Source of the DNA: the human T2T-CHM13v2.0 reference genome, Homo sapiens
Strand: one strand, 5' to 3'
Length of the DNA: 64,000 bases
Assembly: GCF_009914755.1 (NCBI RefSeq)
Contig: NC_060926.1
Shown here: positions 10,485-24,694 of the stretch, one piece after another
How positions within the stretch are numbered: position 1 is the stretch's first letter
Layout of the letters: every line of letters begins with the position of its first letter
The notes under the pieces: model-generated
The model's input: only the letters and a program-made list of their open reading frames with translations
The model's database searches: none
Told to the model about the DNA's origin: nothing
Made by a program: the position numbers and the translations under genes

Positions 10485-12066
10485 CTAGCTGAATGCTACT
10501 CACCAGTTTCAGTGGTGAGGTGCAATGCTTCCTTTCAACTTGACACTGAAAAGCAATGTTTTCCTTTTATGTGTAGAGATGGCTCAAAGTCAGACAATGG
10601 GTTAGTTGGATAGTATACTTGCCCACATGATCTTAAGGCAAATTCTGAACAATCTTATTGGAAGTTACTGATACTAATGATTTTTTTTTCTATATTTTTC
10701 TCTTCATTCTTCCTTTTTTATTTCTGTTCCTCTTCCTCCTCCGCTTCTCCATCTAAAAGTTGAGCAGAGATTTGCCATTTGAGTCACAAGACCGCCTATA
10801 TTGACTATAAAACAAACTGGAATATTTGGGCTGTGAAAGACTTGCAGCTTCATAGTAAGGAAGATGGGAATGCCATGTTCAATTTCTTCCCCAAGTGGTT
10901 ATGGATGTATAACAGAGCCCAGAGACCGAATCATAGTTTGGGCTTCACAAAGGACCTGTCCAGGTGTGTTCAGTAAGAATCGTTTAAGCTGCTCTTGCTG
11001 TTAACAATCTGGCTTCTTATACCCAGATGATTAGATGTCATAGACATCAGAAGGAGGTCAATAAAATTCAAGCTTTAAACTTTGACAATAATTTGAGCTG
11101 AATAATAGTTGAATTTCAGAACTGAGTTGTCATGGTGAGAGCCATTGAAGAGGAATAATTATCTTATAACTCAGTTACTGTCCTGCTGAACTCCTAGCAA
11201 TATCCCTAACCCCACTTCTAACTCACCAAGCCCACATTATATTAAGTCATGCTTAGGGACATGATTTTTATATTCTTTTATGTATATGTTCACATCCATA
11301 GCCAAATATACATAAAATATATTTGAATAAATATGCGTTCAATGCAGCTAATGGGAAAATGGTACAAATGGTTTAGTCAGCAATAAATTGCATATTCTGA
11401 GGGAAAATACTAAAGTACCATTCAAGTATTCTCAAGAGCCAGGTGGTAGAAAGATGTTAGCAATAATTCTTTTTGTGGTTTAGCATATAGGACAATCAAG
11501 CCATTTGTTTTCATTATTTTTGTGGACTAAAATTTTCATCTCATTTCTCTTGGGTAATACCAAACATTTTCCCCCTTATTAATCCATAACAACACTATGA
11601 TGCATTTTGCTAATCAAAATTGCACACTGCATAATAATTTGCAATCTAATAAATATAAGCTTCATCCACATTTCATCAAATGTAGATGCAATTACTTAAA
11701 GATGCTAAAATACAAGATATAAATTTAAACTAAAAGGAACTTTAGGGGCATCCAAACAGTGAAACATAAATCAGATGGTAACTTATTTTATTTTAAATAC
11801 AATTTCATAAATTATTTGAGGAAAATTCCCAGGGTGTTTTCAATGTGAGGAAAGAATGTCAATCTCTCTACTAAGACAGGAGATTTGTCAAGTGGATGCC
11901 AATAAGTGAAGGGCAAAGGGAAGGAATGAAGATACTGAAACTATTCTATTTTTGATGCCAATGAAATGAAAAAGAAGGGGAAATTAAGAATTAATGGAGA
12001 GGAATCCCATTGATGTTCAAGACAGAATGATCTATCCTCCCTGGCCTATTGAAATAATCAATGGAA

Positions 12067-12390
12067 GGTCAGGCACGGTGGTTCATGCCTGTAATCCCAG
12101 CACTTTGGGAGGCCAAGGCAAGCAGATCACGAGGTCAGGGGATCGAGACCATCCTGGCCAACATGGTGAAACCCTGTCTCTACTGAAAATACAAAAATTA
12201 GCTGGGCATGGTTGCGCATGCCTATAATCCCAGCTACTCAGGAGACTGAGGCAGGAGAACTGCTTGAATCAGGGAGTCAGTTGTTGCAGTGAGCCAAGAT
12301 GGCGCCACTGTACTCCAGCCTGGCAACAGAGCGAGACTCCATCTCAAATAAATAAATAAATAAATAGATAAAATACAATAAAAATAAAAG
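12067..12390 (+). mobile_element. Alu (AluSc-like)
   Basis: Full dimer, gatcacgaggtc deletion, gcctggcaac, (AAAT)n tail, TSD aatcaatggaa. Confidence 0.97.
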
Positions 12391-13624
12391 AGAAAGAATC
12401 AATGGAAAATACAAGTGATGAAAAATTTTCACCAGCTATGGAAACAAGGGTGTCAACTACATGGTAGGAATTTCAAGTAACTTCTGCTAACAAAAGCTTA
12501 CACTCCACTATACTGAAGCTGTTGAGAGGACTAGTGTGTGGCCCCTGTCTGGGAACAAAAGGCATGCCTGGAAGGAAACAGAAGAGATGGAGGCAGCAAG
12601 CCCCAACACTAAATCTCAGCTGGGAGAGTGCCGAAGGCAAGGTGGCATGCCCACTTGTCACATCTGCACACTGCCAGGCCACCTGACTCCAGTGGCGATG
12701 GCACAGCTCCAGGTTTTCTCTCTGGTATTGATTCCAGACCCTACAGAAGGCTGGACACGCTGAGGTTTGTGTCTGTTGTGAGCAGCCTACCACTTAGCAG
12801 GGGGTCGGAGCTCCCTTCGGCCTAGCTCTGTCACTAACACTTTGCTGAGGCTGCTTGAGCTGCAACAGAGATTAAAATTTGTTTTATATATTATTTTTAT
12901 CCTCAATTTGTTCCAGAGCTTAAAGACTCAGACAGTGACACAAATCTTTGACAGCAGCCAGCCTAACTCCTACTCGGCTAAAAACTAATAGTACAAACAC
13001 TCCATTTTATCTTTCTAAGAAAGAGAAAACAAGGGGAGAAAAAAAAAAGCAAGGCCTGTTAAATATATACTACAGATTTAAACAAAACAAAAAGCAAGAC
13101 ACCCTTGAAAACTAGAACAATGGCCTCCAATAGAAATACATTTACTGGAATCAGTAGAAAATGTGTGTTCTCAACAAGATCAAAGCAGATGCTGCAACCG
13201 TGATGACATTAAGAAAGAAACTCACAAAGACTATGGAGAATTGCATGGAAATGGGAATCCAACTTGTCCAATTAAAAACTCAGTAAGACCAGAAAACAGG
13301 AAATTGGACATTGTATCAAATCAAAGTGGTGAATTAGAGAAAGAGCAAATGTGAGGAATTCTTGTAGATGAAAATGAGATAAATGATGAGAGACCATTGA
13401 GGGAATCCCAGAGAGTATGAACAGGGAGAACAGAAGCAGTAAGGGGAGCATGCGATTGAAGACAATGGCACAGAAGGGATCTGGGGCTTACAATTGTGAG
13501 GGAATATCATGTTTTCAGGTAAACATCATGAAAAGAATATCAAACAGAAAGAACTCCTTGGGAATCCCCAATTTCAGAGCACATAGACAGAATGTTGTGT
13601 ACGTTCAGCAGGTGTTAGTGGAGG

Positions 13625-13880
13625 CTACCAAGTACGGTGTAGAAGGATGTGGAAGTTAGGCACAGACTTGTGCTCAAACTCTGGTTCCACACACTCATAG
13701 TTTTAGGACCTTGGGTGATGTATTGAATCTCTATGAGCTTCAGTTTTTCCAATACTAAAATGGGAATAGCGATTATTACTCCACAGGCGCTTTTGTGATG
13801 CTTGAACAAGATAAAATATGTGAAACACAAGTAGCTCATGCCTGACAAATAGCCACAACTCAATAAATGAACACAAAACC
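13625..13880 (+). mobile_element. MIR SINE
   Basis: gaccttgggt...ctctatgagcttcagttttcc...taaaatgggaata...ctcaataaatg. Confidence 0.85.
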
Positions 13881-14155
13881 AAAGCAAAACAATCACAACC
13901 ATAGCAACAAAGCAAAGGTAAAATAGATACATGACCAGGTAATTGCCTTAAATGCATTTGTAATATTTACCAGTTATTTTATTCATCCAGTGAAAAAGAC
14001 TCTTCCTAATGTGGAATAATTTTTTAAAAGCAAAAAGAAAATTACATGGTGCATAAATTTAGGTTGAATGAACTAGAACTAGGAAAGAAGGGGATAAATC
14101 TGTACCATTTCTACAATATTTACTCATACACTTATTTATTTCTGCCGGCTTTCAT

Positions 14156-14465
14156 AGTTATTTATTTACTTATTTATTTTGAGACGGAGGTTTGCTCTTG
14201 CTGCCCTGGCTGGAGTGCAATGGCGTGATCTCAGCTCACCCACAACCTCCGCCTCCTGGGTTCAAGCGAGTCTCCTGCCTCAGCCTCCCGAGTAACTGGG
14301 ATTACAGGCATGTGCCGCCACACCCAGCTAATTTTTTGTATTTTTAGTAGAGACAGGGTTTCTCCATATTGGTCAGGCTGGTCTCGAACTCCTGAACTCA
14401 GGTGATCTGCCTGCCTGGGCCTCCCAAAGTGCTGGGATTACAGGTGTGAGCCACTGCGCCTGGCC
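14156..14465 (-). mobile_element. Alu (AluSp/Sq-like)
   Basis: Reverse Alu with (TTTA)n tail and gctcttgctgccc diagnostic. Confidence 0.97.
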
Positions 14466-15812
14466 CACAGTTATTTTAATAGCAGTTTAAATTTACATTT
14501 TTTAAAACTTTGAGCTAACTATTAATAAAGTTAAAAGAAGTATTGATACCTTTTAAATCATTAAACTGGGAATATACCAAAGTAGCCAATAGAATAAAAA
14601 TAGAGTAGAAAAGAAATCACAAGGAAAGAATAACATAATAGAAGGTAAAGGAGACTAATGATGATGGAGGTATTGATAATGTAAATGTTAAACTACTTTG
14701 GTAAAAGAAAATGACTCTCATATTATGTTAAACCACAAAAATCTAACAATATGCTACTTAAAAGACACGCAAAAATTAAATGACCCCAAACAGGAAAAAA
14801 ATCAAAGGGTTAACAAAAATATACTGAAGAAAACAAAAATAACTAAGAAGTAGCAATGCTAGTATTAGACAAAGCGAATTTCAAAGGTAAAAACAACATC
14901 AAATAGGATAATGGGGGCAATTTTTAATATTGATAAAAGGTTTGCTCATGAAGAACTTTCATCTGATAATTAACATAGTGTTAAAATATATACAATGAAA
15001 ACTGAAATTTTCAAAGATAATTGAATAAAAAACCCATAATAAGTGGGACTCTGTGACATGCCAACATCAGTTTATTCATCCACTAAACACTGAGTTTTAG
15101 GTACTATACTGAGCACTTGTTCCCAATGACACTATTCTTGTTTCACTGGGAATAATTCACTTCCCACTGGGCACTGGTATTCCTCTTTGGAACCACCACT
15201 GACACATCAAAGATCTGATAGTGCCCTTTTTCTCCAGGGGTCTACTGTACTATGAAAGAGGTAGACTTTCTACACCCTGCACTACACTTTGCTAGAGGGA
15301 TCTGAAGTAATGATGGTTATGCAGCAATGTTTTTATAGTTTTGGTTAAAAATAAAATAAGCTTACCCACTATTCTTCCTAGAAGCAGACATAAACCCAGT
15401 GGGTTGCAAGGCAAGATATCCAAATAGCAGGTATCATTATGTACTCAAATTATGCCTCTTTTCAATGGCCATGGTCAAGGTCATTGGTACTCAGAATTTG
15501 AGCTTCTAGGGAGTTCAACCCATCAAGTCTCTAGATATGTCTAGACATATATGAATGTTTGCTAAAACCAAAGCCAGGACCGTTTCCTACTCAAGAAATA
15601 TATAAATATATATGTATTTAAGTTTAAAAGAAAAGAAAATCATTTAGTAATTTGGAAGAATATTTGAAAGCATTGCCCAAGAATACAAAAAAAAAATCAA
15701 TATTACTTGGAGAGGATATTACTGTCTATCTGAAAAAACTAAAATAATCAACTGAAACAAAATTAGATACACTAGAACCAATAAAAGTTCATGAGATAGA
15801 CAGCTGAACATC

Positions 15813-16170
15813 AGATATGGTTTGGCTGTGTCCTCACCCAAATCTCACTTTGAATTGTAACTCCCATAATTCCCATGTGTTGTGGGAGGGACCTGGTGGG
15901 AGGTAATTGAATCTTGCGGCTCGGTCTTTCTTGTGCTGTTCTCACGGCAGTAAATAAGTCTCACAAGATCTGATGGTTTTAAAAAGAGGAGTTCCCCTGC
16001 ACACTCTCTCTTTGCCTGCTGCCATCCATGTAAGACATGACTTGCTCCTCCTTGCCTTCCACCATGATTGTGAGGCCTCCCCAGCCATGTGGAACTGTAA
16101 GTCCATTAAACCTCTTTTTCTTCCAGCCTCAGGTATGTCTTTATCAGCACCATGAAAGTGGACTAATACA
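15813..16170 (+). mobile_element. THE1 solo LTR (THE1D-like)
   Basis: gatatggtttggctgtgtcc...ccagccatgtggaactgtaagtccattaaacc...gactaataca. Confidence 0.95.
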
Positions 16171-16789
16171 ATCAGTAAAGAAAAATTAATTTTTTATATA
16201 TAGCAATATAGCCAATGATATACTATAATACAAATAAGCTACAATAGAATACATCAGACCAGAAGAATAACTTAATGTAGAATGCAGGACTTATGTGAGG
16301 CAAATTATGAAATTACACTGAGAAACAAAAGACCCCCAAAAATGGACACAGTCAGTGTCATGAAGCTGTAAATTCTCCCAAATCAAAATACCAAATCTGT
16401 CAGTTTTTAAAAAATATTATAAAAAAATTTTAAAGTCCATCAGTAAAGATAATAACGTTTAAAAAAGTCATAAACCTTTCGGAGAAAAAAATGAGAAAAG
16501 GGAGAGGCTTAGCTTTGCAGGGAATTAAAACATGTTTTTGAGCTATAGTAGCTGAATCAGGGTGACATTAATGTAAAAATGAGCAAACATATAAAGAGAA
16601 CAGGATTGAAAGTTTCCAAATATATTTATGCACATATTTTAAACTTAAAGCATGATCAGGGAGACATGCAAAGCTATCAGGGAAAAGATAGATTGGCAGA
16701 AGTCTTGGCAAAGATATGCATTCTCATTGTTGAGAGTCTAATAACATGTATTCTGAAGAGTTTTGTTTTGTTTTGTTAAAGACATTCTA

Positions 16790-17160
16790 TGATATGGCTT
16801 GGCTGTGTTCCCACACAAATCTCATCTTGAACTGTAGTTCCCATAATCCCCATGTGTTGTGGCAGGGGCCCAGTTGGAGGTAATTGAATCATGGGGGCAG
16901 TTTCTCTTGCTATTCTCGTGATAGTGAGAAAGTTCTCACAAGATCTGATGGTTTTATAGGGGGCTTCCCCCTTCGTTCAGCTCACACTTCTTTCTCTTGC
17001 TCCCATGTGAAGAAGAATGTGTTTGCTTCCCTTCCCGCCAAGATTGTAAGTTTCCTGAGGCCTCCCCAGCCATGCGGAACTCTGTCAATTAAACCTCTTT
17101 CCTTTATAAATTACTCAGTCTCGGATATATCTTTATTAGCAGTGTGAAATGATTTAATAA
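16790..17160 (+). mobile_element. THE1 solo LTR (THE1C-like)
   Basis: tgatatggcttggctgtg...gttcccataatcccc...gtttcctgaggcctccccagcc. Confidence 0.95.
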
Positions 17161-17689
17161 ATTATATTAAGATTAAAACAATCATTTTTCTTTGACCTGA
17201 AATTGTACCTCTTGGTATATATTTACTTATAGGTATATATTTTTTAAAAAAAGACAAGTGGAAAAAGATGTACACACAGAATATTCATCATACTGAGGTT
17301 AAAATTAGCAAAAAAAAAAAAAATAGAACTGCCCATGAATAGGTTTCATAATTAAATAAATTTTACAAAACAACCATTACAATGTAATTCTATATAGGCC
17401 TTGAAATCATATTTGAAATAGTTATATGGATATAGTTATAAACATATAGGCTTTACAATAGATAAATCAAATGTCAAAAAGCCCAGTAACCAGCAAGCAT
17501 GATATGATCTCATTGACGAAGAATATAGATACATACACCTAACAAATGATTGAAAGACATGTTCTCACCCTAGTGGCTTTCTCTAAGTGGTAAGAAGATC
17601 ATCTATGAATTTGAAGTTTCTTCTTTATACCTTTAGTTATTTATGCTTACAGTATTTTTCTAAGTAGTTTTTGATAAATCACTGAATGT

Positions 17690-18130
17690 TACTTTTTATT
17701 GTTACAGTTTCAGGGGTTACACGTGCAGGTTTGTTAAATGGATATATTAAGGTGTAATGGTGGGGTTTTGGCTTCTACTATACCTATCACCCAAATAATG
17801 AAGAGTATGCCAATAGGTAATTTTTCAACTCTCATCCCCCTCTCAACTTCCTCCCTTTTGGAATTTCCAGTGTCTATTTATTTCCATCTTTATGTCCATG
17901 TATACCATTAATTAGCTCCCATTTATAAGTGAGAATGTACAGTATTTGATTTTCTGTTTCCCAGTTATTTCACGTAGGATAATGATCTCCAGCTCCAACA
18001 TGGTTCAACCATGTTGCTGCCAAAGACATGATTTCATTCTTTTTTTTATGGTTGCATAGTATTCCATGTATATATATATACTACATTTTCTTTATCCAAT
18101 TATCCATTGAGGGACACAGGTTGATTTCAT
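17690..18130 (-). mobile_element. L1 (L1PB/L1MA-type) 3' end
   Basis: acgtgcaggtttgtt...agctcccatttataagtgagaa...gacatgatttcattctttt; approximate TSD tgaat(g/a)tta. Confidence 0.9.
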
Positions 18131-18239
18131 GAATATTATTTTTTAATATCAGAAAAATAAGATGATAAAGCTATTTCCATGAAAAAAAGAGGTGAGAAAA
18201 CAAGAAGAGCCCCAATTCTATTGCTGCTTCCTTTACTCT

Positions 18240-20470
18240 ATTTAAAAGGAAACAATGCATTATAGAAACAGAATAGTACAAAATAAAAAGTAAAAGCCTG
18301 ACTTCCTTCCCTATATTACCCAAAGGTGATTAAGGGTAACAGTTTCTTGTGTAGTTTTCCAAAGTTTGACAATTGCTTCCACACATACACACACCCACTC
18401 CCTTACAAAATTTCCGTATGCAAGGGACCATGTATGGTACTCAGAGTCTTCTTCAGCTTGCTGTTTTCACTTAACATATCTTGGTGATCTTTGCCCAGTA
18501 CACTGGATATTCATCATTCTTTATCACTGCGTCTTCCATTATACATGCACCACAATTTAATAAGTACATAATTATTAGACCTCTTAGAAATATCTTTATT
18601 TCAAAATTACTACAATGCATATATTTTGAGATATTCATAATAAATTCCTAACAGTGAAATTTGAGACAGAGAAAACTGTAGTTTTAAAAATTGACATATG
18701 TTGCTAAAATGCTCTACCAAAAAAGATGCAATAATATACACACTATGAGATTTTTATATTTTTGCCAGCACCAATTGTGATATTAAATAATTTATTGTTA
18801 TGAAATTAATGAGGGAGAAGTAGTATCTTATTTTGATTTACGTTGTTTTAATTGTGACTTAAGGTAAATACATTTTCCTGTCTTTATTTACCATTGATAT
18901 TTCTCTTCCTGTGAATATTTATAACTTTGTCTATTTTTATACTGTGTTGTTCACCTCAGTCACTGATTGTTCTGAACTTCTTGTATGTTAAGAAAATTCT
19001 CTGCCTTATGATGTATAGGAATTTATTCAGTTCATTTTCTAATTTTTTTTGCCATAGAGAAGTTAAGAATATTTAAGTACTAATATTTATCAATATTTTC
19101 TCTCATGGCTTCTTGTGTTTTGAACATGCTTTAGAAATATCTTTATTACTCTGGGATTATAATAACATATATGTGCTTTCTTCCATGACTGTACTGATTT
19201 GTTGATTAATATAAATAGTTATAGGTAAGAAATCTTTTTTTCCCCAACGCATTAGCCAGTTGCCCCAATGTAATTTATTAAAATTAACTCCAATATAAAA
19301 TAGTATCAAACTGTTTTAATCATGATAACTTCATAATATGCTATAATGTATGGGAGAGTTTGAACCCCTTCATTACTATACGCCGTCAGAATTTTCTTGG
19401 ATAATATATTTTATATACTTTCTTCCAGAAAACTTTTAGCATATTTGTTAAGTTACTAAACCTTGTTGGTATTTTAATTTGGACCACATAAAAACTATAT
19501 ATAAATTTGTGGAAAATCTATATATTTTTTCAATATTGTGTCTTCACTTATCATGTAAGGACATGTGATATGGTTTGGCTGTGTCCCCACCCAAATCTCA
19601 TCTTCAACTGTAGTTCCCATAAAACCCAGGTGTCATGGGAGGGATCCAGTGGGAGGTAATTGAATCATTGGGGAGGCTAGCTCCATGCTGTTCTTGTGGT
19701 AGTGAGTGAGTTCTCATGAGATCTGATGGTTTTATAAGGGGCTTTCTCCCTCTTCCTTCTGTATTTCTCCTCGTTGCCACCTTGTGAAGAAGGACGTGTT
19801 TGCTTCCCCTTTGCCTCCCGCCAGGATTGTAAGTTTCCTGAGGCCTCCCCAGCACTATGGAACTGTGAGTCAATTAAACCTTCTCCCTTTATAAATTACC
19901 CAGTCTCAGGAATGTCCTTATAGCAGTGTGAGAATGGACTGATACACATGGCATGAAATTCTATCTTATTTCGTGCTTCTCAGTAGTTTTATACTTTACT
20001 TCTACAAAGATGGATTCTACAGATTTCTCAAGTTGATTTTAAGCTATTTTATTCTCGGAGATGGCATTGTAAATTAGATATTTTATTTCATTTTATCTTC
20101 TGATGGTTATATTTTGTATCTAAGAAAATTTTATTGGAATATTAACTGTATGAATTTATTAAAATGTCTTTTTTGTTTTTAATGGGTTTTATCTGGACTG
20201 TCTTGTCTTTTGTAAAATAACAACTATTTCATCATCCACAAAATAGTGGAAACCTTTTTTGATTTCAATTTCTCACACCTTTATTTCTGCCTTTTCTTCC
20301 TAATTGCATGGGTTTGTACTTGTTTAAAGATAACTATTGAAATAGTGAACATTCTTATATTTCTCTGACATTAACGATAAGGCTTTTAGGGTTCCATTAA
20401 GCATATTTCTAGCTTTAAATTTTTAGATATATATTCATGGTCTTAAGAAATGTCTATCTATTTCTGCTAA
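18240..20470 (-). mobile_element. Ancient L1ME-type fragments
   Basis: T-rich degenerate L1 3'/ORF2 sequence, interrupted by a THE1. Confidence 0.65.
19566..19946 (+). mobile_element. THE1 solo LTR (THE1C-like)
   Basis: tgatatggtttggctgtgtccccacccaaatctcatc...gaatggactgataca. Confidence 0.95.
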
Positions 20471-20782
20471 GTTAATATCTTACCCCAGGTTATGAGTGAG
20501 GTTTGAAACTGAAACTGAAGTCTCTTTACCCACAGGCCAGTGCGTTTTCCCAGAAACAGCCATTCAGAAATGACCGCTCACTGAACTCTAAATGACTCAC
20601 GCAAATACTCTTTGGGTCAAGATCTGCCCTCCATCTCAAAATGTTCTTGCTCTGACTTCAACAGACCAGATGGCAGCAAATGCAATTACATGAAAAGAAT
20701 ATAAAAGCTAATCCAGCATTTTTTATTCTATGGCTGGGAATTAAAACATTATAAGGCCTAAGTTTGGGTATTATGCTGATGA

Positions 20783-21111
<329 letters not shown>

Positions 21112-22559
21112 TGAAAATAGCCTTTTGTATACACAACCACCTCACACAGCTACAAAGGGTTGCTTTCATAAATAATTTCAAGAGTACATACTCCTTTTTT
21201 TTAGCATATCCTGAGATTTTTTTTCAACTTGTGAGAGTAATAATTTAAAAAATGTATAGCCATTTGTCCAGATTTGACATCCAGTTTCAGTAAGAAGCCA
21301 AGCTTGTTGGCTATTATAATGATGGAACAGGCCAATTGCCATGTCCGGTCATGGCTAAATTGAAAGTCCATGTAATCCTCCCGAATGGAATTATTTCTCA
21401 TGTAGCTTTTTGAATAATGCCTGCATTTTTTTGCTCACATAAGCTGATCAATAGTAGCTTTGGGAGCAACTCTTGTCTATGCCAGTTCCTCCTGGATGAT
21501 TCTTATGGACAAATTCAAACTAAAAAGACACACTAAAGTGATCTTCCTGCAGCTTCTGGGGCCGGCACTGAAGAGAGGTGAGTAGGGAGTAGAGGTTTAC
21601 AAAAACAACCATGGCCCTTAGGGAGAAACAAGCCACATGGAGAGAGTAGCATCCTTCACGGAGAAGGATCAAGGGAGGCTGTTTGCAGTCCCTCTGCCAT
21701 CTTGGTTGTGGAAAAGTGAGCAGTGGTCTCTGGCTAAGGGAAACATTAGCAAGAAATACAGCTTGTGCCCCTTTCCCCTGAGTCCATCTTCCACAGGCCC
21801 TACTGTGGGGAGTGCTGGCCTCCTAGCTCTTTTGCCCTGTGGTCTCTAGGTGTTTAGAGCTCTGTGCCAAGAGTGCGAGAGGTGTCTGGGACCTGTGGAA
21901 ATTCAATGTGTGCAAAGGCAACTGTCTGTGGGGGATATTATGGTCAAAAATGTTAGAACTTCATGGCAACCCATTAAGCCTAGGGCTAGGTTGAGACACC
22001 CCACCTGACCTTCCCAACAGCTGGGAGCAAGCTAAGCCTTATATTATTGTGGTATGACCCCAGACTACATAAAACAATTGCAGGACTTAAGTGATCCAGG
22101 TGCTGCCTCTCTCCTTATCCCTCAGCTCCTGTCCTAGGAATATCAAATGAACATAATTTTTCAAACAAAATATACTGTCTAGCTTTAACATGTAATAAGA
22201 CAGGTAAAGAAGGAGTTGCTCCAGCTGAAACAGGGGAAGATTGGGACTTCCCCATCGATCAGTCTCCCCCTTGGATTCCCTCTCCACAGGGATTTGCATG
22301 TAGTAACTACATAATATCATTTGTTCAATGAATTAATGAACTTTCCAATAAATTGTTGCAGATTCTGTAAATATGTCAGTACATCAACAAACATTTATTA
22401 AACTCCTCTAGGGTCTACCACTGTATTGTATAAATACAAAAAAGAAATATTAGACACAGGCAATATCTTCCTTGAGTTTTAGTTTAGTTTGAAATAATAG
22501 GTATCAAAACTCAAGTCATATGTACTAACTCAGTTATTCTTTCTATCAACATTGCAATT

Positions 22560-22710
22560 TGGGTCTCATCATTCCACTTATACAAAGAGGCAAAGGAGGT
22601 TCATAGGAGTAAAGAGATTTGCTGAAACTCCATCATTTAGAAATGGCAGAGCTGAGGCTTGAACCCGTATCCCTTTGTTTTGCAAGCCCGTGTTTAACTA
22701 TGTGTTCTGC
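22560..22710 (-). mobile_element. MIR fragment
   Basis: aaatggcagagctgaggcttgaaccc...caagcccgtgtttaac. Confidence 0.6.
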
Positions 22711-24024
22711 ATTGCCAGTGCATGTGGAATAGTGGGGTCACTCTCAGTGCTGGGTAGAACTGGTTTTCCTGGTAATGAGCAGTCCAGAGAAGGGGGAAAG
22801 AGGTTCACTCAGCATAAGTTCCCTCTGCGCCCCAACCCAGGACTCTGCCTGCGACATTTTGCTACGTGTTTTTTAAGATATAGTTTTTACCCTATTGGAA
22901 TCAGCCAACTTTTGATGTTATTGGAGTAATAAGTCATTCCTGGATTGGTTCTGGGTGATGTGATCACTTCCGACAATTTGCTGAGAAGACAAGAGGCACC
23001 TGTGGGGAGGGTGAATACTACTGGGTATGGTTGATCAGCTCATGTTTCAGCTACCCATCATTACAGTGTGGATTCTTTCTTTGCAAAGCCTCAAGCATCT
23101 CAATACTGTTGGCTGTGACCTCAGTAGAGTGCGAATATGTTAAACTGCCAAGAGGAGTGTAAAGGGGAGAGGAAAGATACACCAAGCCCTTCTCTAAGAA
23201 ATCTTTGTTGTTAACACGCCCTGAGCACCTCACTTAGTGGACTTCCGTCTGCGGACCTGCGACTTCTATAGCGCCATAATGAGGGTGGGCAAAGCACCTG
23301 TCACTCACCTGCAGAACCTCTCTTTATCAACCTAGTTTCATGCAAATGGCTTGTTCAGTATGAACTGACTAAATCCCAGATACTTCCCTGATTTTTAGAT
23401 CCTGACGTATTTGACACATTTATATCTCTTGTTATGTTTCCTTTCCTGCTGAAATTAAGATGCATTGGGTACACAGAGGCTATGACATCTGCCAAAGGAT
23501 TGCAGGGATACAGTCATAGACTCGAACAGTCCCCACCATGCAGGGAGGCAGCAGCCACATCATCCTGAGCAGCCGGCCCCATGGAGCAAGCAGCTGCCTC
23601 CTGGGAGCCAGGGAAACAGGAAAATCCCTGGTGTTCAGAGTTCTTCTCTGAGTGCTCCAAGCACACACCCACCAACACAAATAATGTATCTGTGTACACA
23701 TGAACAGATGTGTAGATGGATGCACTTACACACATTCCCACATATACATATTTACACACATATATACCTTCTCATGCAAATATCACTTCCCACACAGTCA
23801 CCAGAAATAATGTCCTAAAACACAAATTCAACTACGCTATGTGATGATATTTAACAATTATTGTTATTTTTGATGAGTAATGGTTATATGGGAAAAGTCT
23901 TTATTTTTGAAGATGCATACTGAAGTATTTAGTAGTAAAATTTCATGATGTCTACAATTTACATTTAAGTAGCTAAGCAAAAAAATGAAGTAAATATGAC
24001 AAAATATTAAAAATTACATGTTTT

Positions 24025-24568
24025 CAATAGTGAAGATATGAAAGCAACCTAAATGTCCATCAGTGAATGAATGGTTAAAGAAAATATGGCATATGTACAC
24101 AATGGAATATTATTCAACTATAAAAAAGTATGAAATTCTGTCATTGCAACAACATGGATGGAACTGAAGGACATTATGTGAAGTAACTCAGGCACACAAA
24201 AACAGATATTGTATATTCTCATTCATATGTAGGAAGAAGCTACGAAAAGTTAATCTCATGAAGGTAGAGACTAGAATGATGGATACCAGAGGCTAGAAAG
24301 GAGTGGGGAAGATGGGTGCTAAAATGCAGTTAGTTGGAAGGAGTAGGTTTTAGTGTTCAATAGCACAGGAGGGTGACAATAGTTAGCAATAATTTATTGT
24401 TTATTTCAAAATAGCTAAAGAGAAGATTTAGAATGTTCTTAAAGGAATGATGTTTGAAGTGATAGATATCTTAATTATCCTGATTTAATTATTATTCTTT
24501 GTATGCACATATCAAAATATCACATATGCCCCATAAACATGTATAATTTTTATGTATCAATTAAAAAA
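24025..24568 (+). mobile_element. L1MA-type 3' end inserted in an older L1ME end
   Basis: caacctaaatgtccatcagtgaatgaatgg...acatggatggaactg...tatgtatcaattaaaaaa. Confidence 0.9.
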
Positions 24569-24694
24569 TGAGTTTTTATTGTATTATGCTCTGTGAGTTC
24601 CTGTATGTTTAAAATTTTTTTTTTATAAAAGATCAAAAAAGAGAGAGGAATTCGGAATCCATTTGTGCTACCCTGCTCTGACATGGCTGCGAAC

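Larger units (their letters stand above)
13000..17600 (+). mobile_element. Ancient, highly degenerate L1M (ORF1 / ORF2 / 3' remnants), interrupted by MIR, Alu and two THE1 LTRs
   Basis: A-rich strand; the region near 14680 (aatgtaaatg...acaatatgctacttaaaagacac...agtattagacaaagcgaatttcaaag) matches the L1 endonuclease N-terminus. Confidence 0.7.

Noticed and set aside
16790-19946. Two similar THE1 LTRs as the ends of one full THE1 element
   Set aside because: The intervening 2.4 kb is L1-derived rather than THE1 internal sequence
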